DNA of 64,000 nt from a virus (IMGVR_UViG_2576861193_000004:32001-96000), one strand, 5' to 3'; positions 32,037 through 41,020 are shown, numbered from the stretch's first letter. Numbers and translations: made by a program. Notes: a model not told the origin generated them from the letters alone.

Positions 32037-32636
32037 ATGATGTGCTCACTTGTTAGAAAGGAGCACATCATGAGTTGGTTAAAAGAATTATCATTTGTTG
32101 ACACCACTGGCGCTAAGAAAAATCATTCTTTCTGGAAAGTCAGCGATCCTTCTGATTTTCTTGTTGGTGCTAATGCTGCTTTTGAATTGCTTAACTTTTA
32201 TCAACGTTATCCTGAAATGAAACACAGTCCACTCCTGTACAGAATAACAAACGATATGAATAGGTCTGGTTTATTATCAAGTGAGTCAGCGAAAGGCTTT
32301 TTTAGCAAAATTACGCCACACATATCATTCGATTCAGCAAACGAAATTGATTATCTACCCACGAAACCTCAAGAACAATTATCTGTACCACCTGAGAAAA
32401 AAGAAAGACGAATTTCCAGCATTGAAAATATATCGAAAGAGCTTCGCACAACAACGTTGAGGCTGCTGAACTTTCTTACGCTACTTAATTGGATAGATGA
32501 TCAAACATTGATTCCATCAACCGATGCGTTGGATAACAGAGTCCTTAGGCTGAACAAAAAATCGCAATTTGGTTTTGTGTTCACCAAAAAAGGTGAAGAT
32601 TTAATCAAAAGAAAATATAGATTATTGAATGATTAA
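32037..32636 (+). CDS. hypothetical protein (probable start at ATG 32070)
   Basis: AT-rich ORF. SD AGGAG before ATG 32070. Start region lies inside an 11-bp-stem hairpin. Confidence 0.45.
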   Translation: MMCSLVRKEHIMSWLKELSFVDTTGAKKNHSFWKVSDPSDFLVGANAAFELLNFYQRYPEMKHSPLLYRITNDMNRSGLLSSESAKGFFSKITPHISFDSANEIDYLPTKPQEQLSVPPEKKERRISSIENISKELRTTTLRLLNFLTLLNWIDDQTLIPSTDALDNRVLRLNKKSQFGFVFTKKGEDLIKRKYRLLND

Positions 32637-32781
32637 TAGTCTACATGCAGGTGTATGAGAGCACCTGCATGTGACACTCATCACATTTTTTGAAGCACAC
32701 ACCTCCGGCTGAAAAAATTTCTTGATTGGCTGAACGATATTTGTAGGCTTTTCAATTGATAACTAAGGTCGGATACTGTAG

Positions 32782-33270
32782 ATGAGTATTTCTATAAACA
32801 AAATAATTAACTCTTTACGACATAAAATATCACATGGAAAAGATGTTCTTTTTAAAGAAAAATATTATCTATTCAACTTAGAGCCGTACAAATGTACAAA
32901 ATTTTATATCACTCGGAACCGTAAATATTCAGTTTCAATCACAAAAGACATGAAGAAAATCTCTTCAGAAGAGTACTTCATATCACATATTTATATCTAC
33001 CCATTTAAATTAGAACCATTAAATATAATTCTTCCTACAATAAAAGGGGTTGAACTTGAAGGTTATACTTTAAGCTCTAACTTTAATGATATGGGTGTAC
33101 AAAAACCAGGGACAAGGTCATACTACGCCTACAAAGTAAAATGCAATAACTACAACGCACTTAACATGCTAATCAGCAAACTTGAAACGGAGATAGTCGA
33201 AGGAAATCTAAATGATGATCATGAAAAATTAGAACAAATAGAAAAACTTAGAAAGTGTGATGTTAAATAA
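32782..33270 (+). CDS. hypothetical protein, first gene of AT-rich three-gene operon
   Basis: ORF with 1-nt gap to next gene, strongly AT-rich codon usage. Confidence 0.5.
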   Translation: MSISINKIINSLRHKISHGKDVLFKEKYYLFNLEPYKCTKFYITRNRKYSVSITKDMKKISSEEYFISHIYIYPFKLEPLNIILPTIKGVELEGYTLSSNFNDMGVQKPGTRSYYAYKVKCNNYNALNMLISKLETEIVEGNLNDDHEKLEQIEKLRKCDVK

Positions 33271-33885
33271 TTGGATTATCATGATATGAAAATGAAACTT
33301 TCGTTACTCCTTGCTTGTATATACCTCCCGGCGTTTCCCGCCAACGCATTATCAGATTTCGTCTCTGACATGCAAAAAACGTACAGCATGTTTACCTCCG
33401 AAGACGTAGTAGAATACAAATCACGAGGTCTGAATCAGCCAGTTTGGTTCAGATTCTCAGACAACGCAGAAGAAACAATACTTAATGGAGGAAAAGAAAG
33501 ATTACGGTTGCAAATTAACGGGACCGCTGTACCAGAAAACGTTAATGTAAGCTCTGACGAAGCCATGAAGCCATCTGGAATTGTTTTAGAAGTTCAAGAC
33601 GGCACACTTTACTGTGATGAAATGGCTACAACAGGTTGCCAAGTAAACATTAGGGTTGGCAATGAAGAGCCTATCGTTACTTACGCCAAGGCTGAAGGGA
33701 ATACAAGTGGAAAGGTATTGTTTATCGATGAAAATATCTCAAAACGTATCGTTCGTGACATACAGAAAACAGCTAACTCTAAATCCGTCGATAAAAAAAT
33801 CTATGTTGAGGTTCCCTTCTTTGTCGTTGGTAACAAAGAATTTAAATTTGGGTTGCTGAAAACACCTCTAAGAGTATCAGAATGA
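33271..33885 (+). CDS. hypothetical exported protein
   Basis: N-terminal signal-peptide-like segment MKMKLSLLLACIYLPAFPANA (AxA site or lipobox-like LLAC). Confidence 0.5.
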   Translation: MDYHDMKMKLSLLLACIYLPAFPANALSDFVSDMQKTYSMFTSEDVVEYKSRGLNQPVWFRFSDNAEETILNGGKERLRLQINGTAVPENVNVSSDEAMKPSGIVLEVQDGTLYCDEMATTGCQVNIRVGNEEPIVTYAKAEGNTSGKVLFIDENISKRIVRDIQKTANSKSVDKKIYVEVPFFVVGNKEFKFGLLKTPLRVSE

Positions 33886-34406
33886 GAACATTGGACATCA
33901 CCTACGGCATACCGGCTGAAGTCTGGCCGCGAGACTACGAACATGCTGAGAACATACTTATGTTCTGGCGGAAGAACAACATTCCTGTAAGAGTCACGCT
34001 TGAAGACGGTCAGGTGTTTTGCATGTACGTTCAGGGGACAATGCCTTCACGCAATAAGCTAGATTTATGCCCGATTCCATATGATAAAGAAAATCGTATA
34101 AGACTCCCACTTGAGCGCATTAGCACAATTGAATCAGGTGTAATCGATGGCATTGCTCGCGAGTTCAAAGGTAGGCTAACAATACATCCAGACTATGTTG
34201 ACAATCAGCCATCACGCCGTGACTTTTTTGCGATATGTCGCAAGGCTTATCAAAACGACCAATCTATAAGGGTCTACATGACAGACGGTCGTGAAATAGA
34301 AGGGGTGTCAAGAGGCGTTGATGCTTGCCAGGTCACTCTTAAGTTAGAAGACGGCAGAAAAATACTTGTTTTCTTCGATTGGGTTGAACGAATCCTTCCA
34401 TTTTAA
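33882..34406 (+). CDS. tandem Rof (YaeO)-like domain protein, candidate Rho antagonist
   Basis: Two repeats resembling the E. coli Rof pattern as recalled (VRVTLEDGQ...RIRLPLERISTIE and VTLKLEDGRKILVFFDWVERI). Overlaps previous gene by ATGA. Confidence 0.4.
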   Translation: MRTLDITYGIPAEVWPRDYEHAENILMFWRKNNIPVRVTLEDGQVFCMYVQGTMPSRNKLDLCPIPYDKENRIRLPLERISTIESGVIDGIAREFKGRLTIHPDYVDNQPSRRDFFAICRKAYQNDQSIRVYMTDGREIEGVSRGVDACQVTLKLEDGRKILVFFDWVERILPF

Positions 34407-34417
34407 ATCTATAAGGG

Positions 34418-34447
34418 TAATAACCGGCTAAGTCCGGTTATTATTTT
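34418..34447 (+). terminator. rho-independent terminator
   Basis: Hairpin AACCGGCTAAGTCCGGTT followed by T-run, 12 bp after the stop at 34406. Confidence 0.65.
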
Positions 34448-34599
34448 ACATGCCATTCATTTAAAACTCTTTCAATGCCACCCCGTATAAATATATAAGG
34501 TTAAAGGCCCGAATTGATTATTTATTTAGGGAACACCTTCGACGATCTCGCTTTTATTTCTAGGACTTTCATCCCTGCAGAAAATTTAAAAAAAAACAC

Positions 34600-34628
34600 T
34601 TGCAATCTTTTTTCACGTATTGATAATT
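34600..34628 (+). promoter_or_regulatory. sigma70-type promoter
   Basis: TTGCAA-17 bp-ATAATT upstream of the 34693 gene. Confidence 0.5.
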
Positions 34629-34692
34629 GAACTCGTCGAAAGCGAGCTGGCTAACGACAGTAAAAATAAATTCATTTTAATTTTTCGTAAGG

Positions 34693-35352
34693 ATGTCCAT
34701 CATGGCTAACATTATCATTTCTAAAAAGTCCATCATTGAAGCTGCTGCCATTGTATCCGACGAGCTGCGCGAAAAAGCAGATCTGGCAACTCAAACATAT
34801 AACGAACATTATAAAAATGGTACGCACACAAAAGCAGACAAAGCAAACATGCAAGCTGCGACCACTAAACTTGCTTACTTCATCAACAACGTTGTGAACG
34901 CAGTAGAAGACGAAAAATTATGCTCTGTTTTCTACTATGCGATTAAAGCAAGCAAACAAGCGCCAGAAGTATTTTTCCGTGATGCAATGACTAATAGTTA
35001 TTCTCTGGAAAAACTGGTTTATCTGGTTAAATCAATTAAATCTGGTAAATGCGTTTACTCCATCGCTGATATGTCTGGATCTCGTGTATTCGCTTTAATC
35101 GATATGATTAACGACGAGATCGACACGTTCACCAATGGCGCTGTTTTCGATTTAATGAATGAAGCTAAAAAAGCGTGCGAAATTAAATTGGACGCTGGCT
35201 ATACTCAAGCCAACCAGTTGATCAATCTTTGCGAACGTCTTGGACTTGTTGAGAAAGTCAAAGGAATGGGAAGCGCAAAAGCTGGTACGCAGCAATATCG
35301 CTTTATTAAAAATGATTTCTATAACTATCTGGCTGATGCTTTCAAAGCGTAA
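34693..35352 (+). CDS. hypothetical protein
   Basis: ORF preceded by a sigma70-like promoter (TTGCAA-17-ATAATT at 34600-34628) and SD AAGGA. Alternative start ATG 34702. Confidence 0.5.
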   Translation: MSIMANIIISKKSIIEAAAIVSDELREKADLATQTYNEHYKNGTHTKADKANMQAATTKLAYFINNVVNAVEDEKLCSVFYYAIKASKQAPEVFFRDAMTNSYSLEKLVYLVKSIKSGKCVYSIADMSGSRVFALIDMINDEIDTFTNGAVFDLMNEAKKACEIKLDAGYTQANQLINLCERLGLVEKVKGMGSAKAGTQQYRFIKNDFYNYLADAFKA

Positions 35353-35365
35353 TTAATGGAATCTT

Positions 35366-35386
35366 GCGCCCACTATGGGCGCTTTT
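35366..35386 (+). terminator. rho-independent terminator (copy 1 of repeated hairpin)
   Basis: GCGCCCACTATGGGCGC followed by TTTT. Confidence 0.6.
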
Positions 35387-35399
35387 AAGGAGCTTAATC

Positions 35400-35630
35400 A
35401 TGTTTATTCTTATCGCTGGCGTTAACGTGCGCAATGAATATTTTGTTAATCGCATCGCTGGGATCGCTGGTTACGCTGGGCGCGCAGTCGAGTTCATAAA
35501 TGAAACAACGCGAAGAATTGACTTATTGAACGACCAGGAGCGAAAAAAAGCAGACGTGAATGACGCTGATATATTTTTAATGTTGAAAGCGTTTGTAGAA
35601 ATGGGATTCAAAATTAGTTTACACAAATAA
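35400..35630 (+). CDS. hypothetical small protein (76 aa)
   Basis: ATG 35400 with SD AAGGAG. Flanked on both sides by copies of the same terminator hairpin. Confidence 0.45.
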   Translation: MFILIAGVNVRNEYFVNRIAGIAGYAGRAVEFINETTRRIDLLNDQERKKADVNDADIFLMLKAFVEMGFKISLHK

Positions 35631-35635
35631 AATCG

Positions 35636-35660
35636 AGCGCCCACTATGGGCGCTTTTTTC
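35636..35660 (+). terminator. rho-independent terminator (copy 2)
   Basis: GCGCCCACTATGGGCGC followed by T6, followed at 35683-35706 by a second hairpin GCGCCATCATTGGCGC plus T6. Confidence 0.65.
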
Positions 35661-36114
35661 GTTTCCAATACTCCCACCATAACGCGCCATCATTGGCGCG
35701 TTTTTTATTGTCTTTAACTCGCTCCAACAACATAAAAATAAGCACCAAAATAACGCCATAGACGCGCTTTTATATCCTTGTCAGTACATACCCATTACTT
35801 AACACATTAACGCGCTTAAAACGCGTTATATTGCGCTATAGAGTATGGTTAATCATTGGCTTTTAGTCTTGCTATGTGATCCGCGTTTATTTGTCGGCGC
35901 GGATCGGCTCTTTGTGTTGTTTTGTATCCGCTCGCGTATTATGTGCGCGTGATTTTTCACATAATCACACCACTTAATCACATATGTGATTACGCTACGA
36001 AAGAAATCTGGATGTCTCAGGCGACGAAAGTCATCATAATTTTCCCCGCTCACCTGTCCGACAACCGCTGGTTGGATTCCACCAGCTTCCCGATGTTTTT
36101 TCTACATAAAGGCG

Positions 36115-36240
36115 AATGCAGCCGTTTCCCGAAAAAATCCTGGCCGTTTCCCGTCGGCTCATGAATGCGTTCCTCGCCGTTTCTGAAAATTTCCCTGCGG
36201 CAGCTGGTGGCTATAGAGAAAGGGCCGTTTCTGGCCCTCT
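36115..36240. repeat. iteron cluster 1 (four GCCGTTTCC-type direct repeats)
   Basis: Copies at about 36121, 36143, 36176, 36224 (spacings 22, 33, 48 bp). Contains GCTGGTGG (Chi sequence) at 36203-36210. Confidence 0.7.
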
Positions 36241-36246
36241 TCTCAG

Positions 36247-36729
36247 TTACACGCCATCAAGGATGTGGATGCGGTTGCTTGCGTATACATTCAGCATAAA
36301 GTTAGCGCAAAACAGTTTCCATGTATCAACGCCAGCGGTATACGTAATGTTTTTGCATTTAATTGCATTGTTGGCGATCCGCATCCCCTGCGATACTGCT
36401 TCATCGTCGGAAAATTTGAACGACGATTGAGTTTTAATCCAGACAGAAATCTGCGTAGCGAACTCAATCAGCTTGGACTGGCAGAATCGCCCGGAGCGCA
36501 CCGGAAAGACGAACGTTCCGAATCCAGAATTTACCACATACGCTTTCTCAAATACCCGCGAGTAACGACGATTGCCAATGATGTCGCGTGCAATAATGCA
36601 TTTTTCTTGTGCTGACAGTTCTACCGTCTCATTGTCGCGCCATGCACCAAGTACTCGTTTTTCAATGTCAGAGAACGTTACAGCGATATTGCCATGTGCG
36701 GGTGCGTTTACAGTAGCGATAAAATTCAT
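36247..36729 (-). CDS. hypothetical protein (early-type cassette gene)
   Basis: ORF with the conserved promoter-palindrome cassette upstream. 3' end abuts iteron cluster 1. Confidence 0.5.
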   Translation of the reverse strand: MNFIATVNAPAHGNIAVTFSDIEKRVLGAWRDNETVELSAQEKCIIARDIIGNRRYSRVFEKAYVVNSGFGTFVFPVRSGRFCQSKLIEFATQISVWIKTQSSFKFSDDEAVSQGMRIANNAIKCKNITYTAGVDTWKLFCANFMLNVYASNRIHILDGV

Positions 36730-37079
36730 GATTAATTCCTTATCGTAAATAACAAATTGTTTTCTTGTTGGTGTTAATTATCGTTGTACGAATAAGGCGT
36801 CAAAGTGGAAAGTTGCGGTAGCCGGACGGGAACAGGTGGGTTTGTCGGTTGCCTGGAGGTAAGAGGTTGGTGTTTTTAGCCTGCGGGAAACAGGATGGTC
36901 ATTTAAGGCCACCAATGCTGATGGCCTTAATAATTATCGCCCTATTACGCTAAGGATCTTTTCCTCAACTGATTTGTTGTTGCGACTAAACTGCCTTGCG
37001 TATCTGATGACAGAAGAGGCGTTTTGCTTTCTGACCAATTCGACTCTTTCCTTCAGGGTTTTCTTGAAATCGCCCATAT

Positions 37080-37454
37080 TTACCACCAGGCGCAGAAGGT
37101 CAGTCTGTTATTGTGAAAGTCGTGGTTCCTGATCAGGTCTTCCACAAGTTTTTTCAGCTTATCCACGTCATGCCAGTAACCTTCGTCGTACTCCTGACTG
37201 CCGAAGAAAAAACCTTCCCGAGTAGGCAAGTACTCTTCGCAATTGCTTTCGTTTATGTGCATCAAATGAGCTTTCAGAAGACAAATGTCATTCATCGTTA
37301 ATTCTAAAAGCTCACAATTTTCGACTTCACCTACGTTGCGCTCCATCCACCCAACGAGCGCATTGAACTTACGGAAGTAAGCAACCTGCTTTCTGGATGC
37401 CTCGTTATTCAGATCGTTTTTAGGCTGTGTCTCGATATAGATATCAAGTCCCAT
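37080..37454 (-). CDS. hypothetical acidic protein
   Basis: ATG 37454 with SD AAGGAAA, conserved palindrome cassette upstream at about 37512-37528. Confidence 0.5.
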   Translation of the reverse strand: MGLDIYIETQPKNDLNNEASRKQVAYFRKFNALVGWMERNVGEVENCELLELTMNDICLLKAHLMHINESNCEEYLPTREGFFFGSQEYDEGYWHDVDKLKKLVEDLIRNHDFHNNRLTFCAWW

Positions 37455-37531
37455 GATGGTTTCCTTATTAAGTTGCTTCAGTGAAATCATTTTCACAAAT
37501 CAGATAAGGCAGAAAACAAATTGTTATCGGG

Positions 37532-37560
37532 CATAATAAAATGGCGCGGTTTACGCGCCA
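37532..37560 (-). terminator. rho-independent terminator
   Basis: Hairpin TGGCGCG-GTT-TACGCGCCA with T-run on minus strand, directly after the stop at 37572. Confidence 0.55.
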
Positions 37561-37571
37561 TTTAAAGAGGA

Positions 37572-37968
37572 TTAAGCGAATACGCTTTCAGGGATTAAGG
37601 TGTCGGCAGGAATGCCAGAGGTAATGCGCAGACCGTACTGGCCAATCCAGGTGGTGCTGGTGTTCAGGCTGGAGGCGAATACGGTGTTAACCATATTCAT
37701 CATGGTTTCAAACACCTCTTCATCAACCTGGCGGAAGTAGTTCTCGATTTTCAGCAGCAGCGGGTCAGTTGCATCGAGAATGGACTGGTATTGAGTCGCG
37801 TACTCGCCGCCGGAGGCATCACCTTTACGCACGATCGTACTGGCCTGGACTTCGGCACCAGTTTCGGTGTTGTACGTAACAACGGTAATTTTTGCCACAT
37901 TCTTACCTTCGGCGGTTTCAGAGGCATAGTAAACATCAACTGTCAGTTTTTCGCGTTTAACGGTCATT
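37572..37968 (-). CDS. hypothetical protein
   Basis: ATG about 37968 (MTVKREKL) with SD GGAGAG. Promoter-like TTGTAA-17-TAGAAT containing the GTAAGTATGTACTTAC palindrome upstream. Confidence 0.5.
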
Positions 37969-38030
37969 TCACTCTCCGTAGTGTCTTGGTTATTTTTATA
38001 TTCTATGATCGTAAGTATGTACTTACAATA

Positions 38031-38059
38031 CAAAAAAGCCCCGTAAGGATGGCGGGGCT
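38031..38059 (-). terminator. rho-independent terminator
   Basis: Minus strand AGCCCCGCCATCCTTACGGGGCTTTTTT, about 35 bp after the stop at 38094. Confidence 0.65.
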
Positions 38060-38093
38060 GTCGTACGGTCGACTAATTACCACTTGCACATTA

Positions 38094-38405
38094 TCAGGCT
38101 ATTGCCATCACTGATGCTCTCTGAATCTCTTGCTGGGCCACGCGGTTAACTTCCATCAAAGCCAGTTCGAGCTGATGTTCCGGCCACATTCTTTGAAATG
38201 CCACCCAGCCTTTTCCACGCTGGCGACGAACATTCATTACATAACGAGTAAAGGTGTTTTTATCGAAAGACACCGCTGTTTCACGGAACAGACGAATAGA
38301 GGTTCCATTGGCAACGATGTCCAGCAAAGTTAATTGAGCAACCAGCGCAGGCTTCTCTTTTCTCTTCTGGTCTTTGTCCAGACCAAGAACCAATGATTTT
38401 TTCAT
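38094..38405 (-). CDS. hypothetical basic protein (possible DNA-binding regulator)
   Basis: ATG 38405 (MKKSLVLG) with SD GGAG, conserved palindrome cassette immediately upstream, terminator downstream. Confidence 0.5.
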   Translation of the reverse strand: MKKSLVLGLDKDQKRKEKPALVAQLTLLDIVANGTSIRLFRETAVSFDKNTFTRYVMNVRRQRGKGWVAFQRMWPEHQLELALMEVNRVAQQEIQRASVMAIA

Positions 38406-38558
38406 CACAACTCCGTAAACAACTTGTTTTCTCAATGGCGTAAATAATACCAGTAAGAAAACGGCTACAAAGCATATTGATCAGGTGCATGAGCGATATG
38501 CAGGTTCTTCCCTGCGGCTATAGAGAAATTAAGCCAGCAATGCTGGCTTTGGTTGGGG

Positions 38559-38888
38559 TTACTCGAATACTTCAAGAAACTCCTGAACGTCCCAATGCTG
38601 GACGAGGTGAAGATAGACCTTAGAAATCACGTCATTTTCGCTATCGCATGTGAAGTAGTACTTCTGGCTGCGGTTGTATGTGTCCACACAAAATTCGCTC
38701 ATATCCATAAAGTCAGCATCTTCACCCATGTCGCAAATCATCAAAGCAGGTGCGTCATCACGAGTCATCAGCTCCAGCACCCATCTTGAATTAATCAGAG
38801 TGGAAGACCAACCTTCCAGCTCATAGAACTGGTCAAACTCTTTTTGAGTCAATTTCTTGATTTGGTTGATGTCGATATTTGCAAACAT
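38559..38888 (-). CDS. hypothetical highly acidic protein (candidate DNA mimic / anti-restriction)
   Basis: 109 aa with about 25 Asp/Glu against 8 Lys/Arg. ATG 38888 with SD AAGGA, conserved palindrome cassette upstream. Confidence 0.5.
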   Translation of the reverse strand: MFANIDINQIKKLTQKEFDQFYELEGWSSTLINSRWVLELMTRDDAPALMICDMGEDADFMDMSEFCVDTYNRSQKYYFTCDSENDVISKVYLHLVQHWDVQEFLEVFE

Positions 38889-39244
38889 AAAGCAATCCTT
38901 AAACAACATGTTTTCTTGATGGTGTTATTATCGCAATAACGCACAGGCGAAAAAGGATTTTATTCCGGTGAATGTGGTTTTGGCAGTGAGTTTTCAGGTT
39001 CAGTACCGAGTACACTTTTTACATTATTCTGATTTAGTGGCCGAAGGTGGCTGGTGGGCAGAATAATCATCTCCCCGAAAACCTACTGAAATCGATTGTG
39101 ACCCGCTGACTGTCTGGCACAATTACGCTGTAGTTGGGCATTCAGAGGGAATCCAGCGGTAAGTAAGTTCGCCTGCACGTGAGCGCCTCTCTTCTTCCCG
39201 CACATTACAGGTGGGTAGCCGCAACTCTCCCTATCGCTATACCG

Positions 39245-39385
39245 GTACGCCGCCGTTCCTGAACCGGCATCGAGCCTTTTCCCGAAATCCACACAGGCAA
39301 CTCGACCGTTTCCCTGAAAACCTCCAGCCGTTCCCCGAAGGCAACCCAGCCGTTTCTGTAGCGGGATGCAGCCTTTTCCCTGTAT
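39245..39385. repeat. iteron cluster 2 (six (A)GCCGTTTCCC-type direct repeats, 22-bp periodicity)
   Basis: Copies at about 39252, 39274, 39305, 39327, 39349, 39371; the last four form an uninterrupted 22-bp tandem array. Confidence 0.75.
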
Positions 39386-39419
39386 GGACCTAAGGCTGAC
39401 CGTAGGGGTGTTACGGGGG

Positions 39420-40330
39420 ATAAAATCAGGAGTTGATTAAATACGAAAAAGGAGGCGACACCCCTCCTTCCCTCCCCACTTATACATACCTGTCTTGTTC
39501 GCTATACATGTTGTGTTTTCTTCGTGTTTTATCTGTCTCAACCTCTCTATAGGCGTTAATGCTCACTCCTTCCAGAATGTTCTATACGGCGACTATTTCT
39601 GTTGGTGAATTGGGTGTGTTGTTTTCTCTGTCGGTGTATGTGGTTTCGTTCGTTTTGCGGTGGTTCTTCTATGGGGTGTTCTCGTCGTTTTGGTGATTGT
39701 TCTTCTCCGTGTATGGAGTAATGGCAGGTGGGCGATTCCTTTCGTTATTGTGTTTGAGTTGTTTGTCTGGAGTGTGAAAGGCTTTTGTAGTTATTCGTGT
39801 ATTGGGTAATGGCGTTTCCCGTGATTGTTATGTTTCGTGTCTTTTGGGATTGAGAGAAACCTTGCGGTTACAGGCTTCGTTGGGGTTTCAGTGATTCTGG
39901 TGTTTCTTCGCTGTTTGGGTAATGGCGTGTCGTGGGTATCGCGCGTATGAATGTTTTCGGATTGCCTGTGAAAGTTAGGTTGGTTGTCCGGTAGCCTGGG
40001 GAGAAGAGGTGGGTCTTTTCGGTAGCCTGCCATAAAGAGGTTGGTTGTTTTGGGGAATGGCATGTGTGTTATTTAGTTGTTTTGTTATGCCTGAAAATAA
40101 GTTGTTTATATGGTTGTGTAACGCAACGGGAACGATTTTGAGCGTGTGTTTTTGTTGGTGGTGTGTTGGGTCGTCTGTGGTGAAAATTGGACGCTGTGGC
40201 GCTGTCTGCTGCGTAGAATTACGGGTATAAGAAGTGATGTGTGAATACGTCAATTTTTTAGACCAAATCGGGTGAAAGCGTTGACGTTTCGTTGATCTGT
40301 TATTCAGTTGTTTTCTTATTGGTATAAACA
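39420..40330. other. ORF-poor, strongly G+T-skewed segment with periodic GGGTAATGGCG-like motifs
   Basis: Plus strand is almost only G and T over about 0.9 kb. Repeated motif at about 39712, 39800, 39918, 40052 and tandem CGGTAGCCTG / GGTTGGTTGT pairs. Track ORFs here have implausible composition. Confidence 0.6.
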
Positions 40331-40450
40331 ACGTTAACCTATTGATATTTAAAGGTGTGATTGCAGGTATGGAAGGAGAGTAGTGGCGATCAACAGATTC
40401 TTATAGAAAAGAATCAAATTGTGACCGCCATTATCAATAAGTTGCAACCG

Positions 40451-41020
40451 TTAGTTGTTCAGATAAACATTTGGAACACGGACGTAGAAGTTCCTGTCGC
40501 CGGTAAGTTCCAGAGTAATGTTAATGTCATTACCATTGTCTAGTGTAGCCGTTGCTCTATAGAACTTATCCGTCACCTTGTCCTCTATTGTCACCTTCAT
40601 ACATTTTGGTGCAGTCGAACCGTTATTCTCTTTCAGAATAGTTGTCACGAGAGGGCAGGCTGCTTCTTCAAGAGCAACCTCGTCCTTGTGTGGGATGCCG
40701 ATGAAGATAATCCAAGCCAGCGACGCAACGATTATGATAAATGGCACTCTGCTGCCTTTTGTAATAGTCGCGCGCTTCCAGAGATAGACAGGCAGGAGGA
40801 ATACCCCCCATAGAATTGAAGGTGGTTCACAGCCAGACTCCGATAGAGCCATTCTGTCAGCTACTAACAAACCGATGGTAGTTACACCCCCAATTATAAT
40901 AGCGTAATTGGTATACTCTTCCGGCGATACTCCAAAGAAGAAAGGCATGAACGCTAGAATCCACGCATAAATGTTATTCAGAGGTTTTGTTTGTTGGTTC
41001 TGGGTTTCCATCACATCCAT
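40451..41020 (-). CDS. integral membrane protein (about 4 TM helices)
   Basis: Hydrophobic segments (IYAWILAFMPFFFG, IIIGGVTTIGLLV, ILWGVFLLPVYLW, FIIIVASLAWIIFIGI) plus soluble C-terminal domain. Confidence 0.55.
   Translation of the reverse strand: MDVMETQNQQTKPLNNIYAWILAFMPFFFGVSPEEYTNYAIIIGGVTTIGLLVADRMALSESGCEPPSILWGVFLLPVYLWKRATITKGSRVPFIIIVASLAWIIFIGIPHKDEVALEEAACPLVTTILKENNGSTAPKCMKVTIEDKVTDKFYRATATLDNGNDINITLELTGDRNFYVRVPNVYLNN

Noticed and set aside
35364-35399. Track start (TTG) at 35364 for the 88-aa ORF
   Set aside because: This start lies inside the terminator hairpin of the preceding gene; ATG 35400 with SD AAGGAG is far more plausible.
36115-39385. Iteron clusters considered as a CRISPR array
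   Set aside because: Repeats are degenerate, 22-bp phased without unique spacers, and no cas genes are present.
39791-40331. Minus-strand ORFs of 90 and 118 aa and a plus-strand 61-aa ORF in the GT-skewed segment
   Set aside because: Products are Pro/Thr/His/Asn/Gln-rich or Cys/Val/Gly-rich with no SD; they are a by-product of the extreme base skew.
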